Assembly (NCBI GenBank): GCA_034376265.1
Contig: JAXMJU010000179.1
Span: 4,664-68,663 of the forward strand
From: Sulfuritalea sp.
GTDB taxonomy: Bacteria > Pseudomonadota > Gammaproteobacteria > Burkholderiales > Rhodocyclaceae
Reading direction: 5' to 3'
DNA: 64,000 bases
Part shown: positions 49,275 to 61,337 of the stretch, piece after piece
Numbering within the stretch: position 1 is the stretch's first letter
Layout of the letters: each line of letters opens with the position of its first letter
Notes under the pieces: model-generated
The model's database searches: none
What the model saw: only the letters and a program-made list of their open reading frames with translations
Told to the model about the DNA's origin: nothing
Position numbers and translations under genes: made by a program

Positions 49275-50148
49275 CGGGCAACTTCACGTAGATGGGCGCC
49301 ATGGCCTCGTTCTGGGTAATCTCGATCAGGGATTCGCGCGCCAGTTCCAGCATCGCCAGAAAGCTCACCACCAGCCCCTGCGCGCCCAGCGTCAGGTCGA
49401 ACAACTGGTCGAACACCACGTAGCCGCTGCCCTGCAGGCGACGCAGGATGATGCTCATGTGCTCGCGCACCGACAGTTCCTCGCGATGGATCTTGTGGTG
49501 CTGATGCACGCGCGCCTGTTTCATCAGCGACAGCCAGGCCACCTGCAGGTCATGCAGGCTGACCTCGGGCTGGCGCTCGACGACCTTGTCGGCAATCCAT
49601 ACCGTGATCCATTCGTAGTCGCGCCCGGCTTGCGGCATCTCGTCCAGCCTTGCCGCCGAGGCCTTCATGCGCTCGTATTCGATCAGGCGGCGCACCAGTT
49701 CGGCGCGCGGATCTTCCGGCTCACCGTTCTCCGCCTTGGGCGGACGCGGCAGCAGCATGCGCGACTTGATCTCGATCAGCATGGCCGCCATCAGCAGATA
49801 TTCGGCGGCGAGTTCCAGGTTGCCCTTGCGCATGGCCTCGACATAGACGAGGTATTGCGCCGTGAGCGGCGCCATCGGAATGTCCAGCACGCTGATGTTG
49901 GCGCGGCGAATCAGGTAGAGCAGCAAATCGAGCGGGCCCTCGAAGGAATCGAGGATGATCTCCAGCGCATCCGGCGGGATATACAGGTCGCGCGGCATTT
50001 CCGCCATGACCTCGCCATAGACTTTCGGCCAGTGATGCTCGAGCGTCTCGCCCGCGGCAAGAGTTGGCGCTGGGGACACGGCGACCTGAGCGGCGACCTG
50101 AGCGGCGAATGGAGCGGCAGTCGGCCCCTGTAACGCGTTGTCGATCAC
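49258..50148 (-). CDS. scpA: Segregation and condensation protein ScpA
   Basis: [30 protein letters not shown] start overlapping the trpS stop. Confidence 0.93.
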   Translation of the reverse strand: MIDNALQGPTAAPFAAQVAAQVAVSPAPTLAAGETLEHHWPKVYGEVMAEMPRDLYIPPDALEIILDSFEGPLDLLLYLIRRANISVLDIPMAPLTAQYLVYVEAMRKGNLELAAEYLLMAAMLIEIKSRMLLPRPPKAENGEPEDPRAELVRRLIEYERMKASAARLDEMPQAGRDYEWITVWIADKVVERQPEVSLHDLQVAWLSLMKQARVHQHHKIHREELSVREHMSIILRRLQGSGYVVFDQLFDLTLGAQGLVVSFLAMLELARESLIEITQNEAMAPIYVKLPDAAAI

Positions 50149-51347
50149 GAGTAATCGAGTCCGATCGCTTCGCGCACGTCGCGCATGGTTTCCTGCGCCA
50201 GCTTGCGCGCCTTTTCGCAGCCGTCGGCGATGATGTTCTTGACCAGTTGAGGATCCTCCTCGTACATCTTGGCCCGCTCGCGCATCGGCTCCTGCTCGCG
50301 CAGCACGCCCTCGATCACCGGCTGCTTGCATTCGATGCAGCCAATTCCGGCCGAGCGGCAGCCGCTTTGCACCCAGCTTCTGACGTCTTCGCCGGAATAG
50401 ATCAGGTGAAACTGCCACACCGGGCATTTTTCGGGATCGCCCCGATCGGTGCGCCGCACCCGCGCCGGATCGGTCTGCATGGTGCGAATCTTCTTGCCGA
50501 CCGTCTCGGCATCTTCGCGCAGCATGATGGTGTTGCCGTAGGACTTGGACATCTTCTGGCCGTCCAGACCGGGCATGCGCGAGGCATGGGTCAGCAGCGC
50601 ATCGGGCTCGACCAGGATCATCTTGCGCGTGCCTTCGAGCCAGCCGAAGAGGCGCTCGCGATCGCCCAGGGAGAGGCTCTGCGCCTCGTTCAGCAACTCG
50701 TGGGCCTGTTCCAGCGCTTCACTCTCGCCCTTCTCCTGGTAGCGCGTGCGCAACTCGTCGTAGAGCTTGGCGCGCTTGCTGCCGAGTTTCTTCACAGCCT
50801 CGCGCGCCTTGTCCTCGAAACCGGGTTCGCGGCCATACAGGTGGTTGAAGCGGCGCGCGATTTCACGCGTGAATTCGACATGGGGCACCTGATCCTCGCC
50901 CACGGGAACCTGGTTGGCGCGGTAAATCAGGATGTCGGCCGCCTGCAGCAGCGGATAGCCGAGAAAGCCGTAGGTCGTCAGATCCTTGTGGGTCAGCTTT
51001 TCCTGCTGGTCCTTGTAGGTCGGCACGCGCTCCAGCCAGCTCAAGGGCGTCATCATCGACAGCAGCAGGTGCAGTTCGGCGTGCTCGGGCACCTTGGACT
51101 GGATGAAAATCGTCGCCTGCGACGGATCGACGCCCGCCGCCAGCCAGTCGATGACCATGTCGTTGGAGTTGGCGGTGATCGTGCCCGGTTCGTCGTAGGC
51201 CGTGGTCAGGGCATGCCAGTCGGCGACGAAGAAGAGGCAGGGGTACTCGTGCTGGAGCTTGATCCAGTTGGCAAGCACGCCGTGATAGTGGCCGAGATGG
51301 AGGCGCCCGGTCGGGCGCATGCCGGAAAGAACTTTTTCTGCGTACAT
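50145..51347 (-). CDS. trpS: Tryptophan--tRNA ligase
   Basis: SGMRPTGRLHLGH; YPLLQAADI; VPVGEDQ; KMSKS. Confidence 0.97.
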   Translation of the reverse strand: MYAEKVLSGMRPTGRLHLGHYHGVLANWIKLQHEYPCLFFVADWHALTTAYDEPGTITANSNDMVIDWLAAGVDPSQATIFIQSKVPEHAELHLLLSMMTPLSWLERVPTYKDQQEKLTHKDLTTYGFLGYPLLQAADILIYRANQVPVGEDQVPHVEFTREIARRFNHLYGREPGFEDKAREAVKKLGSKRAKLYDELRTRYQEKGESEALEQAHELLNEAQSLSLGDRERLFGWLEGTRKMILVEPDALLTHASRMPGLDGQKMSKSYGNTIMLREDAETVGKKIRTMQTDPARVRRTDRGDPEKCPVWQFHLIYSGEDVRSWVQSGCRSAGIGCIECKQPVIEGVLREQEPMRERAKMYEEDPQLVKNIIADGCEKARKLAQETMRDVREAIGLDYS

Positions 51348-51348
51348 G

Positions 51349-51992
51349 TCAAAAACCAAAAAGGATTCGAATCAGGGAGTTGAACAACCGCAACAAGGGC
51401 CGCAGGATGGTATTCAGCACCCCGAGGAACAACAATGCCAGCAGGATCGGAAAGCCCCAGCGTTCCAGCTGGGAAAATTTCCACGCGGCGCGCGGCGGCA
51501 AGAGGCTGACCGCTATGCGTCCGCCGTCCAGGGGCGGCAAGGGCAGCAAGTTCAACACCATCAACACGCCGTTGATACTGATGCCGACCCGCGCCATTTC
51601 CTTCAAGGCTTCGGCATAAATCATCTCGGGACTACCGATCGCCAGCTTCAATACCAGCGCCCAGAACAGCGCCATGAGCAGATTGGCGCCCGGTCCGGCC
51701 GCAGCAACCCAGAGCATGTCCTGCTTGGGGCGGCGCAGGTTGCCGAAATTCACCGGCACCGGCTTGGCCCAGCCGAACAGCAGCCCCCCCCCGAAACCAG
51801 CAGGATCAGCGCCGGAACCAGCAGGGTTCCCACCATGTCGACATGGCGCAAGGGATTCAGGCTGATGCGCCCCATCTGCCAGGCCGTCGGATCGCCGAAG
51901 TGCCTTGCCGCATAGCCGTGCGCCGCCTCGTGCAGCGTGATGGCAAAGATGATCGGCAGGGCGGAAATCGCCAGCGTCTGGATAACATTCAT
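51349..51992 (-). pseudogene. Site-2 protease (M50) family gene, frameshifted at a G9 run (true lesion or assembly error)
   Basis: 5' part MNVIQTLAI..HEAAHG..NPLRH; 3' part (LLFGWAKP)VPVNF..AAAGP..NLLPLPPLDGG in another frame; break at 51784-51792. Confidence 0.85.
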
Positions 51993-52018
51993 GGGAAGGG
52001 CGATTTTAGCAGACAGCG

Positions 52019-52645
52019 TCATTCGAGCCCGAAGGGCGCCAGCGGTCCCTGGCCGGCGCGCACCAGTTCCGGCTGGGCACCGGTCAGGTTGATCACCGTC
52101 GTCATCGCCGTGCCGCACCGGCCGGCATCGATCACCAGGTCGAGCAGTTTTTCCAGGTGTTCGCGGATCTCGTCGGCATCGGCCAGCGGCGACTCCGATC
52201 CCGGCAGGATCAGGGTCGAGGTCAACAGCGGCTCGTCGAGTTCCTCCAGCAGCGCCAATGCCAGCGGATGATTCGGCACGCGCAGGCCGATGGTCTTGCG
52301 CTTGGGGTGCAGGAGACGCCGCGGCAGTTCGCGCGTGCCTTCCAGAATGAAGGTGTAGCTGCCCGGCGTGGTGGCCTTCAGCAAACGATACTGGGCATTG
52401 TCCACCCGTGCATAGGTGGCGATCTCGGAGAGGTCGCGACACATCAGGGTGAAGTGATGCCGTTCATCCACCCCGCGGATGCGGCGGATGCGATCGAGCA
52501 GCGGCGCATAACCGGCAACCCCCGCCAGCGAGTAAGCGGCATCGGTAGGCAGGGCGATGAGTCCGCCGCTCCGGGCGATTTCCGCGGCCTGCTTGATCAG
52601 GCGCGGCTGCGGATGCTCGGGATGAATGTGGAATAGCTGGGCCAT
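52019..52645 (-). CDS. yciO: Sua5/YciO/YrdC family protein
   Basis: PQPRLI; PTDAAY; PGSYTFIL; TIGLRVP. Confidence 0.88.
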   Translation of the reverse strand: MAQLFHIHPEHPQPRLIKQAAEIARSGGLIALPTDAAYSLAGVAGYAPLLDRIRRIRGVDERHHFTLMCRDLSEIATYARVDNAQYRLLKATTPGSYTFILEGTRELPRRLLHPKRKTIGLRVPNHPLALALLEELDEPLLTSTLILPGSESPLADADEIREHLEKLLDLVIDAGRCGTAMTTVINLTGAQPELVRAGQGPLAPFGLE

Positions 52646-52728
52646 GCCGGGAACCGGGGACGGAAGACGAAGCGCGGGATTTTACCGGCCCTTTGCGCCG
52701 CCGGCATGAAGTCTTCGGTCCGCTGCGA

Positions 52729-53568
52729 TCAGAGCTGGGTCCAGACCGGCGTCAGGCCCTCGGGCAAGTCGGGCATTTTCCCCAGGTCAATCCAGCTCTC
52801 GCCCGGTCCGTGAAAGTCCGAGGCCCGCGACGCAAGGAAGCCGAATTCGCGGGCGATACGCGAGAACTCCCGCACTTCGTCGTCCTTGTGCGAACCCGAC
52901 AAGACTTCGATGCCGCGCCCACCGAGATCCTTGAAGACGCCGAACAATTCGTGCCGTTCCGCTCGCGACAGCCGGTAGCGTCCCGGATGGGCGATCACCG
53001 CAATGCCGCCGGCGCCGACTATCCAGCGCAGCGCGTCTTCGAGCGTCGCCCAGGCGTGCTCGACATAGCCCGGCTTGCCCTTGGCCAGCCAGTAGTCGAA
53101 CACCGACTTGACGTCCTTGGCATGCCCCTGCTCGACGATGTAGCGGGCGAAATGCGAACGGCTGACCAGCGCCGGATTGCCGGCGTGACGCAACGCGCCT
53201 GCGTAGGCGCCGTGGATGCCCACCTTGTCCAGTTCCGCCGCCATGCGTCCGGCCCGCGCGTCGCGGCCGCTCCTGATCTGCTGCAGTCCGGCGCTCAACG
53301 CCGCATCGGCGGGATCGACAGCCAGGCCGACGATATGCACGGTCTGGTCGTCGCCCCAGGAAATGGAGATTTCGACACCATCGACGAAACGCAGGCCGAC
53401 CTCGTCCGCCGTCGCGCGCGCCTCGGCCAGCCCGCCGAGTTCGTCGTGGTCGGTGAGCGCCAGCAGTTCGACGCCATTGGCATAGGCGCGGCGCACCAAG
53501 TCGGCCGGCGCCAGCAGGCCGTCGGAAACCGTCGAATGACAGTGGAGATCGGCGTTGAGCGGCTTCAT
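52729..53568 (-). CDS. PHP-domain 3',5'-nucleoside bisphosphate phosphatase (YciV/TrpH-like)
   Basis: DLHCHSTVSDG; LTDHD; GVEIS; AHP; SDFHG. Confidence 0.92.
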   Translation of the reverse strand: MKPLNADLHCHSTVSDGLLAPADLVRRAYANGVELLALTDHDELGGLAEARATADEVGLRFVDGVEISISWGDDQTVHIVGLAVDPADAALSAGLQQIRSGRDARAGRMAAELDKVGIHGAYAGALRHAGNPALVSRSHFARYIVEQGHAKDVKSVFDYWLAKGKPGYVEHAWATLEDALRWIVGAGGIAVIAHPGRYRLSRAERHELFGVFKDLGGRGIEVLSGSHKDDEVREFSRIAREFGFLASRASDFHGPGESWIDLGKMPDLPEGLTPVWTQL

Positions 53569-54434
53569 GCGGCGCCGAACCCCTCGATCAGGCGCGCCAC
53601 CTGCTGCGGCTGGTCGTGCTGCAGGTTGTGGCCGCAGTCCTCCAGCGTCACCTCGCGCACATCGCGGAAACAGGCGATGCGGCTGCGGTAATCGGCGGAA
53701 TCGACGGCAAACAGCTGCTTGAAAATGAAGGAGTCCGCCGCCGTGACCCAGAGCACGGGCGCCGTCACCAAGCGCCAGATCGCCATGGCTTCTTCGATCC
53801 GATAGATGGTCGGATTGACCCAGCGATGGAACGGATCGGCGGCCAGGTGTATCCCGCCCGCCCCGTCGTCCTCGCCCATGTGCTGCGCCAGGAAAGCCGC
53901 CTTCTGGTCCGACAGGCGCGGGTTTTCCTTCCGCAGCCGCGCGGCAAACGCGGCACGATCGGGATAGGAACGGAAGCTCGGCGTGTCGCGCAGTTGGTCG
54001 AGCCAGTTCACGTAGCGCTCCGGCGCCTCGTCGGGGACATAGCGACGCAGGCCCAGCCCCTCCAGATTGATCAGCCGGCGGATACGCTCAGGGCGCAGAC
54101 CGGCATACAGACAGGCCGCGTTGCCGCCCAGGCTGTGCCCGACCAGACGCACCGGTTCCTGCGGCGAATAGTGCAGCAGCAGGGCATCGAGATCGGCGAT
54201 GTAGTCGGGAAACCAATAGACGTCGTTGTTCCACTGCGACAGGCCGAAGCCGCGCCAGTCGGGCGCCACCACGCGCCAGTCGTTTTGCAGGGCATCGACC
54301 ACGAACTGCCAGGAAGCAGAGACATCGCACCAGCCGTGCAGCATCACCAGCAGGGGCGCCGACTCGCTGCCCCAGAGACGCACATGCAGGCGGCGGCCGC
54401 GAATCTGCAGGAATTCGGAATGACAGGATTTCAT
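53565..54434 (-). CDS. Alpha/beta fold hydrolase
   Basis: LHGW; DWRGFG; GHSLGG; CGHNL. Confidence 0.92.
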   Translation of the reverse strand: MKSCHSEFLQIRGRRLHVRLWGSESAPLLVMLHGWCDVSASWQFVVDALQNDWRVVAPDWRGFGLSQWNNDVYWFPDYIADLDALLLHYSPQEPVRLVGHSLGGNAACLYAGLRPERIRRLINLEGLGLRRYVPDEAPERYVNWLDQLRDTPSFRSYPDRAAFAARLRKENPRLSDQKAAFLAQHMGEDDGAGGIHLAADPFHRWVNPTIYRIEEAMAIWRLVTAPVLWVTAADSFIFKQLFAVDSADYRSRIACFRDVREVTLEDCGHNLQHDQPQQVARLIEGFGAA

Positions 54435-54465
54435 ACTGCCATTCTAGCCCGGCCGCACCGCGCAA

Positions 54466-54921
54466 TCAGTCGGGAATGATGGCGGTGGCCTCGATCTCGA
54501 CGCGGGCCGCGTCTTCCATCAGGCCCGCCACCTGCACCGCCGTCATCGCCGGAAAATTGCGCCCGATGACTTCGCGATAGGCGCGGCCAAGCTGCGGATA
54601 GGCCGCCAGGTACTCGCGCTTGTCGATCACATACCAAGTCATGCGGATGATGTGCTCGGGCCTGCCGCCGGCCTCGGCGAGCACGGCGACGATGTTCTGC
54701 AGCGCCTGCCTGGCCTGCTCGGCAAAATCGCTGCTGTGAAAGCGGCACTGGCTGTCCCAGCCGATCTGCCCGCCGATGACCACGCTGCGGCCGCGCGCCG
54801 CAATACCGTTGGAATAGCCTTTGGGGGCGGCCCAGCCGGCGGGCTGCAGTATCTGGATACCCGACTCGGGTATGACTTCCTGCTGGCTCATCTTCAATGG
54901 AGTCTCCTTGGGACGATTCAT
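54466..54921 (-). CDS. RidA/YjgF family protein
   Basis: [28 protein letters not shown]. Confidence 0.9.
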   Translation of the reverse strand: MNRPKETPLKMSQQEVIPESGIQILQPAGWAAPKGYSNGIAARGRSVVIGGQIGWDSQCRFHSSDFAEQARQALQNIVAVLAEAGGRPEHIIRMTWYVIDKREYLAAYPQLGRAYREVIGRNFPAMTAVQVAGLMEDAARVEIEATAIIPD

Positions 54922-56105
54922 GGGTCTGCGTTCGCGGCGACTTCTTTGAGCAGCTCGCGGGCGATGATCAGTTTCTGCACTTCGGTGGCACCCTCATAGA
55001 TGCGCAGGGCGCGGATGTCGCGGTAAAGGCGCTCCACCGGCACTTCGCTGACGACACCGAGGCCGCCGAAGATCTGCACCGCGGCATCGATCACCTGCTG
55101 CGCCGATTCGGTGGCGACCATCTTGGCCATCGCCGCCTCCCTGGTGACCGTGCGCCCCTGGTCGCGCAGCCAGGCCGCGCGATACACCAGCAGGGCCGAG
55201 GCATCGATGGCGGCAGCCATGTCGGCCAGCTTGGCCTGCGTCAGTTGGAAATCGGCCAGGCGGTGATCGAACATCTTGCGCGTGGTGGCGCGCTGCACGG
55301 CTTCATCCAGCGCACGGCGGGCAAAGCCCAGCGCCGCCGCGGCGACCGAGGTGCGGAAGATGTCGAGGGTGCGCATCGCCAGCTTGAAACCCTGACCGGG
55401 CTCGCCCAGGAGCTGGCCGGCCGGGATGCGGCAGTGGCTGAAGTGCAGGCGCGCCAGCGGATGCGGCGCGATGACTTCGATGCGTTCGGCGATCTTCAGT
55501 CCCGCCGCATCGGCATCGACGATGAAGGCGCTGATGCCGCGCGTGCCGGGCGCCTCGCCGGTACGCGCGAACACCACGTAGAAATCCGCGATGCCGCCAT
55601 TGGAAATCCAGGTCTTCTCGCCGTTGAGGACATAGCTGTCGCCATCCCGGTGCGCGGCGCAACGCATCGCGCCGACGTCGGACCCGGCTCCCGGCTCGGA
55701 CAGCGCAAAGGCGGCAATGGCCGACCCCGCGACGACACGCGGCAGGTAGTTGCGCTTTTGCTCCGCGCTGCCCTGCAGCGTGATGGCGCCGCTGCCCAGG
55801 CCCTGCATGGCAAAGGCGAAGTCGGCCAGCCCCGAGTGGCGGGCCAGGGTCTCGCGGATCAGGCAGATCGCGCGTGTGTCGATGGTCTCGGCGCTGCCGC
55901 CCCAGGCCGTGCCGCCGACGGCATAGCGCAGCCAGTGCGCCGCGCCGAGCTTGCCCACCAGTTCGATGCAGGCGGCATCGGTCGCCGCGCCGCGCGCATG
56001 CGGCGCGTCGTCGATGTTCTCCGTGGCCCAGCGTTCGAGTTCGAGCGCCAGAGCCCGGTGCTCGGGCGCCAGAAACGGCCAGTCGAGGTAGGTGGTGTCG
56101 GCCAT
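54918..56105 (-). CDS. Acyl-CoA dehydrogenase
   Basis: [38 protein letters not shown]. Confidence 0.94.
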   Translation of the reverse strand: MADTTYLDWPFLAPEHRALALELERWATENIDDAPHARGAATDAACIELVGKLGAAHWLRYAVGGTAWGGSAETIDTRAICLIRETLARHSGLADFAFAMQGLGSGAITLQGSAEQKRNYLPRVVAGSAIAAFALSEPGAGSDVGAMRCAAHRDGDSYVLNGEKTWISNGGIADFYVVFARTGEAPGTRGISAFIVDADAAGLKIAERIEVIAPHPLARLHFSHCRIPAGQLLGEPGQGFKLAMRTLDIFRTSVAAAALGFARRALDEAVQRATTRKMFDHRLADFQLTQAKLADMAAAIDASALLVYRAAWLRDQGRTVTREAAMAKMVATESAQQVIDAAVQIFGGLGVVSEVPVERLYRDIRALRIYEGATEVQKLIIARELLKEVAANADP

Positions 56106-56107
56106 AT

Positions 56108-56962
56108 TCAGTCTCCTTCGAACACGGGTTTCTGCTTGGCGACGAAGGCATGGTAGGCGCGATGGAAATCGTTGGTCGCCATGCAGATGGCCTGGGCCTG
56201 GGCCTCGGCCTCGATCGCCTCGTCCACCCCCATGTTCCATTCCTGCTGCAGCATTTTCTTGGTCATGGCATGGGCGAAGGTCGGGCCGCTGGCCAGGTCC
56301 TGCGCCAGCTTCAGCGCCTCGGCCAGCAACGCATCGGGTTCGCACAGGCGATTGAAGAAGCCCCAGCGCTCGCCCTCCTCGCCGCCCATGGCGCGGCCGG
56401 TGGTCAGCAGTTCGGTGGCGCGGCCCTGGCCGATCATGCGCGGCAGCATGGCGCAAGCGCCCATGTCGCAGCCGGCGAGGCCGACGCGCGAAAACAGGAA
56501 GGCGGTCTTCGCCCGCGCAGTGCCCAGGCGCAGGTCGGAACCCAGCGCCAGCAGCGCGCCGGCGCCGGCGCAGATGCCGTCGATGGCCGCGATCACCGGT
56601 TGCGGGCAGGCGCGCATGGCCTTGATCACGTCGCCGGTCATGCGCGTGAAGGCCAACAGGCCGGGCATGTCGAGCTGGGTCAGCGGGCCGATGATGTCAT
56701 GCACGTCGCCGCCGGAACAGAAGTTGCCGCCCTCGCCGCTCAGCACCACGGCCTTGACGTCGTCGGCGTACACCAGCGTGCGGAACAGGTCGCGCAGTTC
56801 GGCGTAGGAATCGAAGGTCAGCGGGTTCTTGCGCTCGGGACGGTTAAGGCTGACCACGGCCACCGTGCCCTCGACGCGATAGCTGAAATGGCTTGCCTGG
56901 TAGGCCTGCAGGTGTTGGCGATTGCCGGGCAGCTCATGCGGCTTGCCGGGAAGATGTTTCAT
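56108..56962 (-). CDS. Enoyl-CoA hydratase family protein
   Basis: [24 protein letters not shown]. Confidence 0.92.
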   Translation of the reverse strand: MKHLPGKPHELPGNRQHLQAYQASHFSYRVEGTVAVVSLNRPERKNPLTFDSYAELRDLFRTLVYADDVKAVVLSGEGGNFCSGGDVHDIIGPLTQLDMPGLLAFTRMTGDVIKAMRACPQPVIAAIDGICAGAGALLALGSDLRLGTARAKTAFLFSRVGLAGCDMGACAMLPRMIGQGRATELLTTGRAMGGEEGERWGFFNRLCEPDALLAEALKLAQDLASGPTFAHAMTKKMLQQEWNMGVDEAIEAEAQAQAICMATNDFHRAYHAFVAKQKPVFEGD

Positions 56963-56972
56963 CTGATGCTCC

Positions 56973-57767
56973 TCACATGACTTCGCCGCCGGCCACGGCG
57001 ATCGATTGTCCATTGATGCTGGCCGCCCCGTCGCCGCATAGCCAGAGCACGGTGTCGGCGACTTCCTGCGGCGTGACCAGGCGCTGCATCGGGTTCCCTT
57101 TGGCCAGTTCCGCGCGCGCTTGCGCCGCGTCGCGTCCGGTCTTGGCGACGATGTTGGCCACTGCCGTGCGCACGATGTCGGTTTCCGTGTAACCGGGGCA
57201 TACCGCGTTGACCGTGATCCCCTTGCTCGCATACTCCAGCGCCAGCGCACGGGTCAGGCCGACGACGCCGTGCTTGGCCGCGCAATAGGCCGCGACATAG
57301 GCATAGCCGACCAGGCCGGCGGTGCTGGCGATATTGATCACACGCCCCCAATGCGCAGCCAGCATGTCGGGCAATGCGGCTTGCGTGCAGTGGAAGCTGC
57401 CGCCCAGGTTCACCGCCAGCATGCGTTCGAAGAGTTCCGCCGTGGTCTTCTGGAACGGCGCGCTCTCGGCCTGGCCGGCGTTATTCACCAGGATGTCGAT
57501 CGGGCCGAAGCCGGCCCGGGCTTCCGCCATTGCGCCATCCACCGAAGCGCGATCGGCCACATCCATGACCGCCGTCCGGCAACGCCCGGAATCCGCGTGC
57601 AGCCGCGCCGCACTATCCAGCACGCCGCGGTCGCGACCGGTCACGGTGACGCGATGACCCGCCGCGATCAGCGCGGCGGCGACAGCGGCGCCAATACCGC
57701 GCCCGCCGCCCGTCACCAGGGCGTGATGCACCGCGGGATTGCCGGCCGAAGTTCGGTCAACTGTCAC
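56973..57767 (-). CDS. SDR family oxidoreductase (3-hydroxyacyl-CoA dehydrogenase-like)
   Basis: [23 protein letters not shown]. Confidence 0.92.
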   Translation of the reverse strand: MTVDRTSAGNPAVHHALVTGGGRGIGAAVAAALIAAGHRVTVTGRDRGVLDSAARLHADSGRCRTAVMDVADRASVDGAMAEARAGFGPIDILVNNAGQAESAPFQKTTAELFERMLAVNLGGSFHCTQAALPDMLAAHWGRVINIASTAGLVGYAYVAAYCAAKHGVVGLTRALALEYASKGITVNAVCPGYTETDIVRTAVANIVAKTGRDAAQARAELAKGNPMQRLVTPQEVADTVLWLCGDGAASINGQSIAVAGGEVM

Positions 57768-60067
57768 GCGACCAGCGCGAGCTGGGCCGCGCGCTCCAGA
57801 TTGCGTTCGAGCTGGACCTTGCCGCCCTGGTACTGCTTCGGCCAGGCAATGTCCTTGACGCCTTGCTCGGCGGCGGCATGCAGGGTCCAGGCCGGATCGG
57901 CCAGATGCGGCCGCGCCAGGGCGCAGAGGTCGGCGCGGCCGGCGGCGATGATGGTATTGACGTGATCGGCTTCGAAGATGTTGCCGACGGCAATGGTCGG
58001 CACCTGCAACTCGTTGCGGATCTGGTCGGAAAACGGTACCTGGAACATGCGGCCGTACACCGGCGCCTCCTCCTTGCTGACCTGCCCCGACGAGACGTGG
58101 ATGATGTCGGCGCCCGCGGCCTTGAACAGGCTGGCGACCGCAACCGAGTCGTCCGGGGTGGTGCCGCCGGCCACCCAGTCATGGGCCGAGATGCGCACCG
58201 ACATCGGCTTCTCGGCCGGCCACACCTCGCGCATGGCGCGGAACACTTCCAGCGGATAGCGGCAGCGATTCTCCAGGCTGCCGCCGTATTCGTCCGATCG
58301 CTGGTTGGTCAGCGGCGAAATGAAGGACGACATCAGGTAGCCGTGGGCGGCATGGAATTCGACCATGTCAAAGTTGGCGCTGACGGCACGGCGCGTGGCG
58401 GCGACGAACTCGGCCTTGATGCGATCCATGTCGGCGCGGTCCATTGCCCGCGGCGTCTGCGAGATGCCGGGCAGGTAAGGCAGCGGCGACGGCGCCAGCA
58501 GCGGCCAGTTGCCGGATTGCAGCGGCTGGTCGATGGCGTCCCAGGCCAGACGGGTGGAACCCTTGCGCCCGGCGTGGCCGATTTGCAGCGAAACCTTGGT
58601 CTCGCCGTTGGCGTGGATGAAGTCGACGATGCGCTGCCAAGCCTGCTCCTGGGCATCGTTCCAGATGCCGGTGCAGCCCGGCGTAATGCGCGCATCGGCG
58701 GCAACGCAGGTCATTTCGGTCACCAGCAGCGCCGCGCCGCCCATGCCGCGGCTACCGTAATGGACCAGATGGAAGTCGATCGGCATACCGTCCTCGGCGG
58801 AATACATGCACATCGGCGAAACCACGACGCGGTTGGCCAGGGTCAGGCCGCGCAGGCTGAAGGGCGTGAACATCGGCGGCACGGGTGCCGCCCCGGGTGA
58901 GATCGGCAGGCCGCAGCGGGCGGCAAACCAGCGGTCGAATTCGTCGGTGTAGGCCGAATCGCGCAGCTTCTGGTTGGCATGGCCGACGCGCTGGCTGCCG
59001 GTCAGAACGGCGAAGGCAAACTGTTCCGGCTCCATGCCGACATAGCGGTCGACCTCCTCGAACCAGGTCATGCGATTGCGCGCCGCGCTCTGCAGCTTGA
59101 GCGCCTCGATTTCACGCTCCGCCTGATAGCGCGCGAGACGCGTCGGCACTTCGCCCTCGGTGCTGCTCAGCACCTTGACCAGGGAACGCGCGTCCTCCAT
59201 CGCCAACTTGGTGCCCGAGCCGATGGTGAAATGCGCCGTGTGCGCGGCATCGCCGAGCAGCACGATGTTGTCCTTGAACCAGCGCTCGCAGAGCACGCGG
59301 TTGAACTTCAGCCACACCGCCGAGCCGCGCAGATGGCGCGCGTTCGAAATCAGGCGGGCGCCGTTCAGCATGTCGGCGAACAATTCTTCGCAGAAGGCGA
59401 TCGACTGATCCGGCTCCATCTGGTCGATGCCGGCCTTGAGCCAGGTTTCTTCCGGGGTTTCGACGATGAAGGTGGCCCATTCCTCGTTGAACTGGTAGGC
59501 GTGCAGGTTGAACCAGCCCCAGGGGGTTTCCTTGAAGCCGAAGGTGAAGGCGTCGAGTTTCTTCTTGGTGCCGAGCCAGATGAAACGGTTCTTGCGCACG
59601 TCGATGCGCGGATTGAAGTGGCTGGCGTACTTGGCGCGCGTGGTCGAATTGACGCCGTCGGCACCGATCACCAGGTCGTATTCCCGCGAATAGTCGTCCG
59701 GATCCCGGAACTCCGTCTCGAACTTGAGCGTGACGCCGAGTTCGCGCGCACGGGCCTGGAATATCTGCAGCAGCTTGAGGCGCCCGATGCCGCAGAAACC
59801 GTGGCCGCCGGATACCATGCGCCGCCCCTTGAAGAACACGTCGACGTCGTCCCAGTGGTGGAAGTTGCGCTCGATTTCCGCGACCACCTGGGGATCGTCC
59901 TGGCGAAACCCGTCCATGGTCTTGTCGGAGAACACGATGCCCCAGCCGAAGGTGCTATCCGCTTGATTGCGTTCGATAACGCTAATGTCGCTGGCCGGAT
60001 TGGCCTGCTTCATAAGGATCGAGAAATACAATCCGGCGGGGCCACCGCCCAGACAAACGATGCGCAT
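57764..60067 (-). CDS. abmA: 2-aminobenzoyl-CoA monooxygenase/reductase (salicylyl-CoA 5-hydroxylase family; FAD monooxygenase + OYE fusion)
   Basis: [32 protein letters not shown] domain [34 protein letters not shown]. Confidence 0.88.
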   Translation of the reverse strand: MRIVCLGGGPAGLYFSILMKQANPASDISVIERNQADSTFGWGIVFSDKTMDGFRQDDPQVVAEIERNFHHWDDVDVFFKGRRMVSGGHGFCGIGRLKLLQIFQARARELGVTLKFETEFRDPDDYSREYDLVIGADGVNSTTRAKYASHFNPRIDVRKNRFIWLGTKKKLDAFTFGFKETPWGWFNLHAYQFNEEWATFIVETPEETWLKAGIDQMEPDQSIAFCEELFADMLNGARLISNARHLRGSAVWLKFNRVLCERWFKDNIVLLGDAAHTAHFTIGSGTKLAMEDARSLVKVLSSTEGEVPTRLARYQAEREIEALKLQSAARNRMTWFEEVDRYVGMEPEQFAFAVLTGSQRVGHANQKLRDSAYTDEFDRWFAARCGLPISPGAAPVPPMFTPFSLRGLTLANRVVVSPMCMYSAEDGMPIDFHLVHYGSRGMGGAALLVTEMTCVAADARITPGCTGIWNDAQEQAWQRIVDFIHANGETKVSLQIGHAGRKGSTRLAWDAIDQPLQSGNWPLLAPSPLPYLPGISQTPRAMDRADMDRIKAEFVAATRRAVSANFDMVEFHAAHGYLMSSFISPLTNQRSDEYGGSLENRCRYPLEVFRAMREVWPAEKPMSVRISAHDWVAGGTTPDDSVAVASLFKAAGADIIHVSSGQVSKEEAPVYGRMFQVPFSDQIRNELQVPTIAVGNIFEADHVNTIIAAGRADLCALARPHLADPAWTLHAAAEQGVKDIAWPKQYQGGKVQLERNLERAAQLALVA

Positions 60068-60105
60068 TCCAATCTCCTTGAGTCGCGATGTTACCTACGA
60101 TTTCG

Positions 60106-60125
60106 ATATTTTAAGTCTAAACTAT
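60106..60125. promoter_or_regulatory. AT-rich imperfect palindrome, candidate operator of the abm-like operon
   Basis: ATATTTTAAGTCTAAACTAT (ATA.TTTA-N4-TAAA.TAT), about 40 bp upstream of the abmA start. Confidence 0.5.
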
Positions 60126-60269
60126 TTTTCAGGTCAAGCCTGACCCGAATCCTAGCCCCAAACCGGCCCGGACCGAGGCGCCGGAGCCGCCCCGGTCGAA
60201 GGCATATTTTGATCGAATACAATAGCGCCTCCGCGTTGGCCGCGATGCCCACACATTCCCTGAACTGCC

Positions 60270-61337
60270 ATGAAAACCCTCTTCATCACCGGCGGCGCCG
60301 GCTTCATCGGCTCGGCCCTGATACGCCAGCTGATCGCCGAGAGCGACTGGCGCATCGTCAACATCGACAAGCTGACCTATGCCGGCAATCTCGAATCCCT
60401 GGCCGAGCTCGCCGATCCTGAGCGTCACATTTTCAGCCGCACCGATATTCGCGACCGCGCCGCGCTGGACACGCTGTTCATCGACCATCAGCCGGCCGGC
60501 GTGATCCATCTGGCCGCCGAATCGCATGTCGACCGCTCGATCCACGGCCCCGGCGACTTCATCGAAACCAATATCAGCGGCACCTACACCCTGCTCGAAG
60601 CCGCGCGCGCCTACTGGTCGCTGCTCGACGCGGAGGCCAAGGCCGGTTTCCGCTTCCATCACGTCTCGACCGACGAGGTCTTCGGCTCGTTGGGCGCGAC
60701 CGGCCTCTTCGTCGAGACCAGTCCCTACCAGCCGAATTCGCCCTACTCGGCGTCGAAAGCCGCCTCCGACCACCTGGTGCGCGCCTGGCATCACACCTAC
60801 GGCCTGCCGACGGTGATCACCAACTGCTCGAACAACTACGGACCCTGCCAGTTTCCCGAAAAGCTGATCCCACTGATGATCCACAACGCGGTCTTGGACA
60901 AGCCGCTGCCGATCTACGGCAAGGGCGACAACGTGCGCGACTGGCTCTACGTCGATGACCACGCCCGCGCCCTGCGCCGGGTGTTCGAACGCGGCATCCC
61001 GGGCGAGACCTACAACATCGGCGGCCACAACGAGAAGACCAACCTGGACGTGGTCGACACCCTGTGCGCCCTGCTCGACGAATTGAAGCCCCGCGCCGAC
61101 GGCCGCCGCTACCAGAAGCAGAAGATTTCGGTGGCCGACCGTCCCGGCCACGACAAGCGCTATGCCATCGACGCCGGCAAGATCCAGCGCGAACTGGGTT
61201 GGACGCCGATCGAGACCTTCGAGACCGGCATGAGGAAGACCGTGCAGTGGTATCTGGACAATCCGGCCTGGGTCACCCATGTCGTCTCCGGCGAATACCG
61301 GCAGTGGATGGATCGCAACTACGGAGACCGCACATGA
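60270..61337 (+). CDS. rfbB: dTDP-glucose 4,6-dehydratase
   Basis: [30 protein letters not shown]. Confidence 0.97.
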   Translation: MKTLFITGGAGFIGSALIRQLIAESDWRIVNIDKLTYAGNLESLAELADPERHIFSRTDIRDRAALDTLFIDHQPAGVIHLAAESHVDRSIHGPGDFIETNISGTYTLLEAARAYWSLLDAEAKAGFRFHHVSTDEVFGSLGATGLFVETSPYQPNSPYSASKAASDHLVRAWHHTYGLPTVITNCSNNYGPCQFPEKLIPLMIHNAVLDKPLPIYGKGDNVRDWLYVDDHARALRRVFERGIPGETYNIGGHNEKTNLDVVDTLCALLDELKPRADGRRYQKQKISVADRPGHDKRYAIDAGKIQRELGWTPIETFETGMRKTVQWYLDNPAWVTHVVSGEYRQWMDRNYGDRT

